Assembly (NCBI GenBank): GCA_943349825.1
Contig: CALQZQ010000006.1
Span: 17,582-81,581, forward strand
Direction: 5' to 3'
Length of the DNA stretch: 64,000 bases
Source: Candidatus Peribacteria bacterium
Lineage (GTDB): Bacteria > Patescibacteriota > Gracilibacteria > UBA1369 > 2-02-FULL-48-14
Shown here: positions 28,267-39,992 of the stretch, one piece after another
How the letters are laid out: each line of letters opens with the position of its first letter
How positions within the stretch are numbered: position 1 is the stretch's first letter
Made by a program: the position numbers and the translations under genes
The notes under the pieces: model-generated
Database searches by the model: none
What the model saw: only the letters and a program-made list of their open reading frames with translations
Told to the model about the DNA's origin: nothing

Positions 28267-29210
28267 GAGAACAAAGGATTAAGAAATTGTACGAGGAAGA
28301 CGAGGTAAATGAGGATCAGCGCAGCGCCTTCGTAGGCTGTCCATTTGCGCTTGAACAGAGTGAGTGAGAATAGAATCACGGCAAAGAGTAGGAAGGGAGT
28401 GCTGATTTTGAGCACGTCGTCCAGCACGTTCAAAGGTTTGATGAAGGAGGGAAGTGCGAGTACCAGAGTGGAATTGATGATGGTGGAGGTGATGAGCACC
28501 GTTACGGCGCTGTCGCCACGGCCGGCTTTGGTGGCGCGGTAGGCAAAGATCAATTCTGGAATGGACACCGCGAGAGCAATCACGCTGCTGGCCAGGTAGC
28601 CTGGGTTGAAGTTTTCCACCTCGGAGATGGCTACGACTCCAGTCACCGTGTAATAGGTACCGGCGCAGAGTACGAGGAGCCAGAACAAGAGAGGAGCGAG
28701 GGTGCGCTCACTTTTTCCAAAGGAGAACCAGTGTTCGATGCGTTCCCAGAGTCCTTCGCGGTATTCGCTGCGCTTGGCTGCCACAAAGGCCACGAAAGCG
28801 GTGAGGAGTACCAGGCCTTCCCAAAGGCTGATCTCTCCATCGAAGGAGAGCACGAGCAGAAGTACGATGCTGGAGAACAGCAGGGGCAGCTGCTTCATGG
28901 CATTCTCTTTATTCACGGTGAGCGAACCCAGCGCGAGAGCGATGATGCCGGGAATGAGCAGAAGGTTGATGAGGTTTGCTCCCGTTACATAAGTGGGCAC
29001 CATGGAGGAGTAATCCTGAGTGGTGGCAAATATGGAAATGAAGAGTTCAGGCAGAGCTACTAAGAAAGTGGCGATGACTACGTCTTTGAAGAACGGGGAA
29101 AAACTCGTTTTTTTAACGAGTTTTTCGGCTTGAGCGCTGAAGAGCTGGGAAGCTGCTACGGTGGCTCCCACCGCAAGGACGAAAATGAAGATCCAAAGCA
29201 TTGTGTTCAT
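28263..29210 (-). CDS. divergent CaCA (Na+/Ca2+ exchanger, YrbG-like) family membrane transporter
   Basis: 315 aa, ~10 TM. There are two internal repeats, each with a x-x-L/I-P-E-L motif ([10 protein letters not shown] and [10 protein letters not shown]) followed by GANLINLL or STIINSTL, like the CaCA alpha-repeats. Confidence 0.7.
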   Translation of the reverse strand: MNTMLWIFIFVLAVGATVAASQLFSAQAEKLVKKTSFSPFFKDVVIATFLVALPELFISIFATTQDYSSMVPTYVTGANLINLLLIPGIIALALGSLTVNKENAMKQLPLLFSSIVLLLVLSFDGEISLWEGLVLLTAFVAFVAAKRSEYREGLWERIEHWFSFGKSERTLAPLLFWLLVLCAGTYYTVTGVVAISEVENFNPGYLASSVIALAVSIPELIFAYRATKAGRGDSAVTVLITSTIINSTLVLALPSFIKPLNVLDDVLKISTPFLLFAVILFSLTLFKRKWTAYEGAALILIYLVFLVQFLNPLFS

Positions 29211-29221
29211 GAATGAAAAGG

Positions 29222-32761
<3,540 letters not shown>

Positions 32762-32881
32762 GAGCCGAGCGATTTTAGGGAAATAAAAGCTGAACTCGAC
32801 AGATTAAGCCTGTTGGGGGCCTTGCTGTCCATTCATGCTCTCTTTCGCAACACAATCAGAACTGAGAGCTTTATCGCTGAC

Positions 32882-32909
32882 ATTTTAAGGATAAAGTTCC
32901 AAATGTCAA
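32882..32909 (-). promoter_or_regulatory. rpoB promoter TTGACA-16-TAAAAT, ~113-nt leader
   Basis: On the minus strand the -35 is at 32904-32909 and the -10 at 32882-32887. Confidence 0.65.
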
Positions 32910-32981
32910 ATCGATTTTTGTAACGTAGGAAGCCGAGTGGGCTAGACAAAGCCAAAAAATAGTGGTCTGCGAAATAAAATC

Positions 32982-32990
32982 TGCTAAAAT
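32982..32990 (+). promoter_or_regulatory. extended -10 (TGcTAAAAT) 6 nt before ATG: leaderless start of ABC gene
   Basis: TAAAAT at 32985-32990 and ATG at 32997. Confidence 0.55.
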
Positions 32991-32996
32991 GCCGTC

Positions 32997-34784
32997 ATGC
33001 AGATCAATACTAAATTCACGTTCCGGTACTTTTTGCGACAAATTGGGACTTATCCCCTGCTTTTTGTCGCTTCAATGTTTGGAGTGGCGCTGGGAGTGGT
33101 GGGCGGGATGGTCACGCCGTGGTTTTTTAAAGCCTTCGTCGACTTGCTGGCGAGTGGCGCGGAGGCGGGTGATATTTTTGAAAAAGGATTTTGGCTTTTG
33201 GTCGGTTTGGAAATTATGGATTTGATTTCGTGGTGCGGATGGTCCGTGTCGCGTTACACTATTCCTTATATGCAGACGCGTGTGATGAAAAACATCGCGG
33301 ATCATTGTTTTTATCAACTCCATCAACATTCCTTCCGTTTCTTCAACAACCAATTTGTGGGCGCTTTGGTGAAGCGCGTGAACCGTATGGTGCGAGCCTT
33401 TGAAGAACTCACCGACGAAATTTATTATCAATTTTTTCCTTTGGCCCTGCGTGTGATCGTGATCGTGGGAGTTTTATGGTGGGTCGACTGGTTGATGGGT
33501 CTTGTGGTTTTACTGTGGGTCATCGCTTTTCTGGGTCTGCAAGCTTTGTTGTCTCGTTATAAACTCAAGCGCTACGATTTGGACAAGGCCTCGGCGGACA
33601 CGCGTGTGACGGCGCAACTGGCGGATACGGTGACGAATCATTCTACGATTCAGCTTTTTGCTCATCTGCCTTTTGAGCGTAAAGAATTTAAAAAAGTCAC
33701 TGACCATTGGTACGACAAACAAATCGCTTCGTGGATTTTTAATTCGCACATTGAGGGAGGGCAGGCTTTGTTCATGTCGGTGCTCAACTTTGGCGTTTTG
33801 TATTTGGCGCTGCGTTTGTTCCGAGAAGGTTCACTCACAGTGGGGACTTTCATTTTGATTCAATCGTATTTGTGGGAGCTTTACCACGCGGTCTGGGACT
33901 TCGGTCGTACGCTGCGTCATGCGTATGAACATTTGGCGGACGCGAATGAAATGTCGGAAATTTTGATGACGCCGATTGAAGTGGTGGACGGTGCCGGGGC
34001 GCGCAATTTGAAGGCGACTCGTGGGGTGGTTGAATTTAAAAACGTGACTTTTTCTTACTCACAAAAAAAGATAGAGGGCGACGGCGAAGTGGAGCGCGAA
34101 GTTTTGAAGCATCTTTCTTTTGCGGTGAAGCCGGGTGAACGCATTGCACTCATTGGGCCTTCGGGCGGAGGAAAAACAACGATCACAAAGTTATTGCTGA
34201 GACTGTTCGATGTGCAGCATGGAGAAATTTTGATCGACGGGCAGAACGTTTCTAAAGTGAAGCAGGACAGTTTGCGCGCGCAGATTGCATTGGTGCCGCA
34301 GGATCCGATTTTGTTCCACCGCAGTGTTATGGAGAATATTCGTTACGGACGACTCGATGCCACGGACAAGGAAGTTTTTGCTGCGGCGAAATTGGCGCAC
34401 TGTCATGAATTCATTTCACATTTTCCCGCTGGTTATGAAACGTTTGTGGGCGAACGTGGAGTGAAGCTTTCCGGCGGAGAGCGTCAGCGTGTGGCAATAG
34501 CGCGGGCGATTTTAGCGAATACGCGCATTCTCATTTTGGATGAAGCCACTTCCAGTTTGGACAGTGAGTCTGAAAAATACATTAAAGACGCGCTCAAAGT
34601 TTTGATGAAAGGAAAGACAGTGTTTGTGATCGCGCATCGACTCTCTACGGTGGTGGACATGGACCGGATTCTGGTTTTGGAACGCGGAAAAATTGTGGAG
34701 CAAGGTGCCCACGCCGATTTGCTCGCGGGCGGTGGGCTCTACAAACGCCTCTGGGATTTGCAAGTGGGCGGGTATTTGGCTTAA
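32997..34784 (+). CDS. ABC exporter, fused permease/ATPase (MsbA/multidrug type)
   Basis: 595 aa with a 6-TM N-terminal domain, Walker A GPSGGGKTT, signature LSGGERQR and Walker B ILILDEATS. Confidence 0.93.
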   Translation: MQINTKFTFRYFLRQIGTYPLLFVASMFGVALGVVGGMVTPWFFKAFVDLLASGAEAGDIFEKGFWLLVGLEIMDLISWCGWSVSRYTIPYMQTRVMKNIADHCFYQLHQHSFRFFNNQFVGALVKRVNRMVRAFEELTDEIYYQFFPLALRVIVIVGVLWWVDWLMGLVVLLWVIAFLGLQALLSRYKLKRYDLDKASADTRVTAQLADTVTNHSTIQLFAHLPFERKEFKKVTDHWYDKQIASWIFNSHIEGGQALFMSVLNFGVLYLALRLFREGSLTVGTFILIQSYLWELYHAVWDFGRTLRHAYEHLADANEMSEILMTPIEVVDGAGARNLKATRGVVEFKNVTFSYSQKKIEGDGEVEREVLKHLSFAVKPGERIALIGPSGGGKTTITKLLLRLFDVQHGEILIDGQNVSKVKQDSLRAQIALVPQDPILFHRSVMENIRYGRLDATDKEVFAAAKLAHCHEFISHFPAGYETFVGERGVKLSGGERQRVAIARAILANTRILILDEATSSLDSESEKYIKDALKVLMKGKTVFVIAHRLSTVVDMDRILVLERGKIVEQGAHADLLAGGGLYKRLWDLQVGGYLA

Positions 34785-34981
34785 TCCTCTTTTTCTACTT
34801 CGCTAGGTGTGTCGGAGGGAGCGATCCAATTGGCGAGTTTTTCCATGACGTCTCCATGAGACAAAGCCAATGCTGCTAATAGAGGCAGGGCAATTCCCGT
34901 TGTTGCGGCTGCCAGGCCTATTTTTGTAGGAGACGGTTTTTCAGGGTTGGCCCTTGAAACTAGTCTTTGATTGAGGTGCAT
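34781..34981 (-). CDS. small single-TM protein (66 aa)
   Basis: The TM segment is IGLAAATTGIALPLLAALAL and the tail is acidic. Its stop overlaps the ABC gene stop within the tetranucleotide TTAA. Confidence 0.4.
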   Translation of the reverse strand: MHLNQRLVSRANPEKPSPTKIGLAAATTGIALPLLAALALSHGDVMEKLANWIAPSDTPSEVEKED

Positions 34982-34990
34982 ATTGAGAGA

Positions 34991-35260
34991 TTAATGTTTG
35001 TGGCTGGCCCAGCGCGATTGTATTGCAGTTCCGTGACGATGCTCCGTAATGGCTTGCGCTGCGGTGTGACGGATGTGATGCAGGGCTTCGCCAGCTGAGA
35101 TTTTTTTGTGAATGGGTTGGTGCGCGTGTTTGGGCTCAGCTGCCCGATGATTTTCGTGGTGAGATATTTCGTGTAGGAATTTAAAAAATGCTCGTAGGAA
35201 GCGATAGCTGAATCGCTTACTCTTACGCCACCACCGTATTGATCGGCGCTTGATACGCAT
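34991..35260 (-). CDS. very basic, His-rich 89-aa ORF
   Basis: 13 His fall in the last 60 aa, and the N-terminus is Arg/Lys/Trp-rich. It overlaps the upstream ORF by 38 nt. Coding status is uncertain. Confidence 0.3.
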   Translation of the reverse strand: MRIKRRSIRWWRKSKRFSYRFLRAFFKFLHEISHHENHRAAEPKHAHQPIHKKISAGEALHHIRHTAAQAITEHRHGTAIQSRWASHKH

Positions 35261-35618
35261 CGAAAGTACTGTAAGTCGTATAGAAATTGGTGAATTCTTG
35301 GGTTTGATCTCCGATCAATTCTGCGGCGCTTACAGTGTGGGTTTCCATGGGGCCGGCGCTTGGACTGGTGCTTATTTCCGTGGCCGCCTCGGGCAGTTCC
35401 CCGGAACGGTCTTCTACGAAAACCACGGTGTTGGTGCCTTCCAAAGGTTCTGCATGAGGAAGGTCCATGGTCTCTCCGGCGACGAGCGCCATCATTCCTA
35501 CAGCGAGTTTTCGGAATAAACTTTGAGTCCCGCCTACTTCCGCATGTACCGTTCTACGGACTGGTCCGGTGGAGAGGGTGGCGTTATGATCGATGGAATT
35601 GTGGGTATTGATGTTCAT
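35223..35618 (-). CDS. hypothetical 131-aa protein with one hydrophobic segment
   Basis: A TTGCTT-17-GAAAAT promoter-like element lies upstream. There is no recognisable motif. Confidence 0.45.
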   Translation of the reverse strand: MNINTHNSIDHNATLSTGPVRRTVHAEVGGTQSLFRKLAVGMMALVAGETMDLPHAEPLEGTNTVVFVEDRSGELPEAATEISTSPSAGPMETHTVSAAELIGDQTQEFTNFYTTYSTFDAYQAPINTVVA

Positions 35619-35741
35619 AGTTTTTTATTAAGAACGCGCCGATTTTCTCAGTAGGATGCGGTTAAAGCAAGGAACTGCCGGTAACAAGGATTGGTTGTCA
35701 GGGGGTGCGGTTCAGGCCCTTGCTAAATTCTCGTTTTGTTA

Positions 35742-35747
35742 TAGAAT
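35742..35747 (+). promoter_or_regulatory. -10 TAGAAT 7 nt before ATG 35755 (leaderless), with TTGCTA -35
   Basis: TTGCTA-16-TAGAAT-atcttct-ATG. Confidence 0.5.
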
Positions 35748-35754
35748 ATCTTCT

Positions 35755-36939
35755 ATGCAAAAACCTCTCGAGGGATGGGATGACTTGCCTTTAAATCCTG
35801 GTGATCGCCAGGCCTTACAGCAGTTGATGATGTCTGTGCTTTTGAAAAATCCGGATGCGATTGGAGGAATCCTTGGGCGTCCTTTGTCATCTCCTTATAA
35901 TGCCTATCAAGCTTTGAGTGAGTTGCCCGGGCTGCCTTTTATCACTGCATTTACAAACGCTATAAGAGCTACCCTCAGTGCTGGTCAGCCCATCTCTCTC
36001 GATGACATTTACCGTAGAGGCATTAGTCGTGCTGTAGTGGACATGCGTGCGGATGGTTTTTACAGGGGCTTTTCTTTAGCCCATATGGTTCCTGGAATCC
36101 GCGTCGATCAGTTTGAGGGGAGCAAGGATGTGTCGAAACGGTTTCCTCCAAAAGCAATGACTTGCGTGGAAAATTGGATGGATGCCACTTATCTTGAGGG
36201 GGAGCAAAAATATCCTCATTACAATCGTATTTTAAAAAAACATTTGCCGGAAGAGTTGGAGTCACCGAGGGTGACGTGGTCTACCATCTCCGTGGACGAC
36301 GAACTGGCGGCCGTGGCTAAATATACGGACGATTCTTTCTTCGGCACTCACTATGTGGATCCCCGTTACCAACGTGGTTACAGTTTTGGGAGCATTGTTC
36401 GGTCACTGGCCCTTGGGCATGTGCCTTCAAAGACTTTGGTTCGTGGCCATGTTGCTCCACACAATCCCGCTTTAGCTCGTCATTTTCGTGTGGATCGTTT
36501 GGCCTACAACAATGCTACTTTGGGCACTGGGTTAGTGAGAGAGAGGGACGAGCAGGGTGAGAGTGAGGATCTTTTGGAGACGGTGATTGCTGCTAAACTC
36601 TGTGGCTTTCAATCGGTACATGAGAGTCGGCATTCTGATGAATTAGTGGATTCTTGGGCGGCGGGCGCCCCCCTCCCTACGGATGAAAGAACTCAAGGAC
36701 GTCTAAGAGTTTATCCAGCGGAAGCTTTAAAGGGGGATGCTTTGATTCAAACTTTGCGAGACAATTTTGACGACGATTACATCCTTACGCGTCGAACTTC
36801 GAAGGCGTGGCTTTTTGAAGATCGTTTCTTAGCTAATCCTTTTATGGGTGGAAGAATTTACTGGGATTTTGATCAACGTATGAGGGAGGTGGCTTCCTAT
36901 GGCTATTCGGCAATCGATAGTAAACGATCAAAGGCTTGA
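35755..36939 (+). CDS. orphan soluble protein (394 aa from ATG 35755)
   Basis: The track ORF starts at 35656, but the promoter geometry favours the internal Met (MQKPLEGWDDL). No recognised motif. Confidence 0.6.
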   Translation: MQKPLEGWDDLPLNPGDRQALQQLMMSVLLKNPDAIGGILGRPLSSPYNAYQALSELPGLPFITAFTNAIRATLSAGQPISLDDIYRRGISRAVVDMRADGFYRGFSLAHMVPGIRVDQFEGSKDVSKRFPPKAMTCVENWMDATYLEGEQKYPHYNRILKKHLPEELESPRVTWSTISVDDELAAVAKYTDDSFFGTHYVDPRYQRGYSFGSIVRSLALGHVPSKTLVRGHVAPHNPALARHFRVDRLAYNNATLGTGLVRERDEQGESEDLLETVIAAKLCGFQSVHESRHSDELVDSWAAGAPLPTDERTQGRLRVYPAEALKGDALIQTLRDNFDDDYILTRRTSKAWLFEDRFLANPFMGGRIYWDFDQRMREVASYGYSAIDSKRSKA

Positions 36940-37728
36940 GTTCTTGTCGGCTTTATTCTCGGGCAAGGATCGGGCAAAATTCCAGGCCATTTTGAAGAGG
37001 GAGAACATCATTTTACTGATGTGCGGATTGTTGATGATCACTCCGCTGGTGTCTGATTTTCGGTGTGAGTAGAAGGCTACCTTTTCTCCGTAGATGTGCA
37101 GACAAACGTCAAAGGGGGAATCTTCTTTAGGAATGAAAAGCGTCGTTCTCTTCATGGCGGCGTCCAGTTTGCTGTAGTCGCGCATTTTGCCTTCGTCGTT
37201 GAAAATCATTTTGGCAGTGAAGTCTAAGCGTTTGCGCTCTGGAATGTAGCGCTCTTTCCAGTAATGTTCGATGGTGGGATGAATGTCGTCCGAAATGGAA
37301 AGCGCGCCGTAGAGAGGCTGGTTTTCTTTCAGTACGTCCTCCAACATTTCGCACACGCCTTCCGCCCCTTCGTAATAGGTGATGTTGGGGAGCGTATTGC
37401 CAGGTTGATAGAGTTCCAAAAAGCGGCCCATGGTTTTTTTGAGGATCTTGCGTTTTTCATCCAGCTTGCGATTTTCTTCATCTAAAATTTCCTCGAGTTT
37501 TTTTGGGTCGTTGGGATAATAAAAAATAGTTTGATTTTTTTGTGAGCGTGAAAAAAGTTTTTTCTCAGCGAGTTGTTCGCAAGTGTATTTGGCGGTGGAG
37601 CGGGGCACGTGAAGACGGCGGCTGAGCACGGAAGCAGGCAAAGGGCCGAGGGGAAGCAGGGTCAAATAGGCTTTGATTTCAGTCTCGTTGAGCCCGAGTA
37701 GTTTGAGGATGTCTAGAGTCGTTTCCAT
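36928..37728 (-). CDS. TrmB-family transcriptional regulator
   Basis: N-terminal winged HTH LGLNETEIKAYLTLLPLGPLPASVLSRRLHVPRSTAKYTCEQLAEKKLF. 266 aa. Confidence 0.8.
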   Translation of the reverse strand: METTLDILKLLGLNETEIKAYLTLLPLGPLPASVLSRRLHVPRSTAKYTCEQLAEKKLFSRSQKNQTIFYYPNDPKKLEEILDEENRKLDEKRKILKKTMGRFLELYQPGNTLPNITYYEGAEGVCEMLEDVLKENQPLYGALSISDDIHPTIEHYWKERYIPERKRLDFTAKMIFNDEGKMRDYSKLDAAMKRTTLFIPKEDSPFDVCLHIYGEKVAFYSHRKSDTSGVIINNPHISKMMFSLFKMAWNFARSLPENKADKNSSL

Positions 37729-37803
37729 GGGTGACGAAATTATGTTGTCACTTCTAAATCTGTAATTTAGTCATGTATTCTAACAACGTCAACTTGTTGC
37801 TGT

Positions 37804-37819
37804 CAACCAAGCGTGGTTG
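37804..37819. promoter_or_regulatory. inverted repeat CAACCA-AGCG-TGGTTG in the trmB-like divergent intergenic region
   Basis: 6-bp arms. Additional GTCAAC/GTTG repeats lie at 37788-37808. Confidence 0.3.
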
Positions 37820-37863
37820 TCGGCGGATTTGCAGGTGCTTGAAGTTTTGGTTAAAGTAGCTTC

Positions 37864-38202
37864 ATGAAATCCTCCCACACCACGTATTCCGTTTTAGGAT
37901 TCTTTGTCCCGTTGGTTTTTTTCGTCGGACTTCTTTATGTCGCGGTTGAATATTCTGCGACCTATGCGCTTTTGGGAGCGAGCGGGCCGGCTTTATTCAA
38001 AATCTATCGTTTGCTCATGCAGGTGCCTCCGATTCGGGCCTTTGTAGGGCGCACGTTGCGGACAAAAAGTGATGCCTTGGTGCGCGCGGAAAAAACTCAG
38101 CACTTTTTTAGTGGGCTCACGATTTTCTATTTTCTACTCATCAGTCCTTTTGTGGCAGTGGTTTTGTTCGCGATCTGGTTTTATTTAAGCCAGCTTTTTT
38201 AG
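37864..38202 (+). CDS. small membrane protein (112 aa, 3 TM)
   Basis: Hydrophobic profile. A TAAAGT hexamer lies 6 nt before the ATG. Confidence 0.55.
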   Translation: MKSSHTTYSVLGFFVPLVFFVGLLYVAVEYSATYALLGASGPALFKIYRLLMQVPPIRAFVGRTLRTKSDALVRAEKTQHFFSGLTIFYFLLISPFVAVVLFAIWFYLSQLF

Positions 38203-38904
38203 CTCCTCGTCAGTGAGTTCGCGCCATTCGCCCACGCGGAGTTTTCCGAGTTCCACACCACTGATGTCCACGCGGATGAGTCTGAGTACGGGGTGGCCAA
38301 ACCATTCCATCACGCGGCGGATTTGGCGTTTGCGGCCTTCTTTCAATTTGATTTCGAGCCAGGAATTTCCTTCATCCTCACCCATGATACGAGCGCCCAT
38401 GGGACGCAGGGTGTACTCGTCCAGTTTCATGCCGCCTTTGCGGATGCCTTCGATCACGTCTTCACCGGGATTTCCGAGCACCAGCACTTCGTAGGTTTTT
38501 TCGTGGTCGTAGCTGGGGTGGGTGAGGCGTTCGAGCAGGGCGCCGTCCGAGGTGAAAAGGAGTAGGCCTTCACTGTCTTTGTCCAGACGACCCACCGGGT
38601 TGAGGTGCGCGTATTCGGGGGGCAATAAATCCATCACGGTTTGCTTGTGGAAGGGATCGCTTTTGCTGGTGAGCACTCCGCGGGGTTTGTGCAATGCGAG
38701 GGTGAGTGCGGCGCCTTTTTGGGGAAGGTCTTGGCCGTCCACTTGCACGCGATCGGAGGAGGTGACTTTCACGCCCATTTTATTGATGCGTTTTCCATTC
38801 ACGCTCACGCGGCCGTCGGCGATGAGCAGCTCGGCTTCGCGGCGGGAACATATGCCGCTGGCAGCGATGACTTTGTGCAAACGGTCTCGGGGTTCGAAGT
38901 TCAT
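38185..38904 (-). CDS. rluB: pseudouridine synthase, RsuA/RluB family
   Basis: An S4 domain (CSRREAELLIADGRVSVNG) plus the catalytic NPVGRLDKDSEGLLLFTSDG. Confidence 0.9.
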   Translation of the reverse strand: MNFEPRDRLHKVIAASGICSRREAELLIADGRVSVNGKRINKMGVKVTSSDRVQVDGQDLPQKGAALTLALHKPRGVLTSKSDPFHKQTVMDLLPPEYAHLNPVGRLDKDSEGLLLFTSDGALLERLTHPSYDHEKTYEVLVLGNPGEDVIEGIRKGGMKLDEYTLRPMGARIMGEDEGNSWLEIKLKEGRKRQIRRVMEWFGHPVLRLIRVDISGVELGKLRVGEWRELTDEELKKLA

Positions 38905-38927
38905 AGTGGCGCCACTCTACACTTTTT

Positions 38928-38936
38928 TGTTAGAAT
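38928..38936 (+). promoter_or_regulatory. extended -10 (TGtTAGAAT) 6 nt before ung ATG: leaderless
   Basis: TAGAAT at 38931-38936 and ATG at 38943. Confidence 0.55.
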
Positions 38937-38942
38937 CGTCGC

Positions 38943-39608
38943 ATGAATGTGAAAATCCACGACTCATGGAAGCGGCATCTGGAAGGCGAATTTGAGAAAC
39001 CCTACTTCAAAGAGCTCACGGAATTTGTGAAGGGCGAGTATGCGGCGAAGAAAGTTTTCCCGTCGCCTGCAAATATTTTTAGAGCCTTTGAACTCTGCCC
39101 GTTTGAAAATGTAAAAGTGGTGATTTTAGGGCAGGATCCTTACCACGGTCCGGGCCAGGCAAACGGACTGTGTTTTTCCGTGAACGATGGAGTGCAAAAT
39201 CCACCCTCGTTGCAAAATATTTTTAAAGAACTTCGCGACGACATGGGTGGGGACATTCGCACGACCGGCAATTTGGACGATTGGGCGAAGCAGGGGGTTT
39301 TACTTTTGAATGCCACGCTCACGGTGCTGGCTCATCAAGCGGGTTCGCACCAAAAAAAGGGTTGGGAGCAATTCACGGATGCGGTGGTGGACTCGGTCTC
39401 GCGCGAAAAAGAGCAGGTGGTTTTTATTTTGTGGGGAAGGTACGCACAAGACAAAGGCGCAAAGATCGACACAGAAAAACATCTGGTTATAAAGTCCGCG
39501 CACCCTTCGCCGCTGTCTGCTTATGCGGGATTTTTTGGCAGTAAGCCTTTCAGCAAAGCCAACGAGTATTTGGAGTGGAACGAGAAGGGACCAGTGAAGT
39601 GGGCGTGA
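38943..39608 (+). CDS. ung: uracil-DNA glycosylase, family 1
   Basis: VVILGQDPYHGPGQANGLCFSV and HPSPLSA motifs. Confidence 0.96.
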   Translation: MNVKIHDSWKRHLEGEFEKPYFKELTEFVKGEYAAKKVFPSPANIFRAFELCPFENVKVVILGQDPYHGPGQANGLCFSVNDGVQNPPSLQNIFKELRDDMGGDIRTTGNLDDWAKQGVLLLNATLTVLAHQAGSHQKKGWEQFTDAVVDSVSREKEQVVFILWGRYAQDKGAKIDTEKHLVIKSAHPSPLSAYAGFFGSKPFSKANEYLEWNEKGPVKWA

Positions 39609-39983
39609 TCAACAGGAAGATCCAGAGTCCATAGCGCCGATACAGACCATAAACCAAAAGAAAATGAAGATCAGAGTGAGGATATAGCTTGCGATCGTTG
39701 CTCCTATTGCTCTGACCAGTATTCCTAGCAAATACCTCAAAACACCTTTTTCTTGTTTAAACTTTAGTGTGTAGGAAAGGGCAAAACAAATGAATAAATT
39801 GCTAATACTAAAAAACTTAAAAACTATCCAAAAGAGCTGGCTGTCTGCTTGCCAAGGATCTTTGATCGTGTGAGAAGCAGGCCAAATGCTTAACAAGGCA
39901 GCGCAAAGAACAATCAAAAAGAAGTTGGCCCAGTGCTCCTTTGTTGTTGGCTCGGTGGAGTTTTGAAGAGCTTCTGTTGGCAT
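39609..39983 (-). CDS. small membrane protein (124 aa, 4 TM)
   Basis: Hydrophobic profile. It lies directly downstream of serS. Confidence 0.55.
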   Translation of the reverse strand: MPTEALQNSTEPTTKEHWANFFLIVLCAALLSIWPASHTIKDPWQADSQLFWIVFKFFSISNLFICFALSYTLKFKQEKGVLRYLLGILVRAIGATIASYILTLIFIFFWFMVCIGAMDSGSSC

Positions 39984-39992
39984 GTGCCCTTA

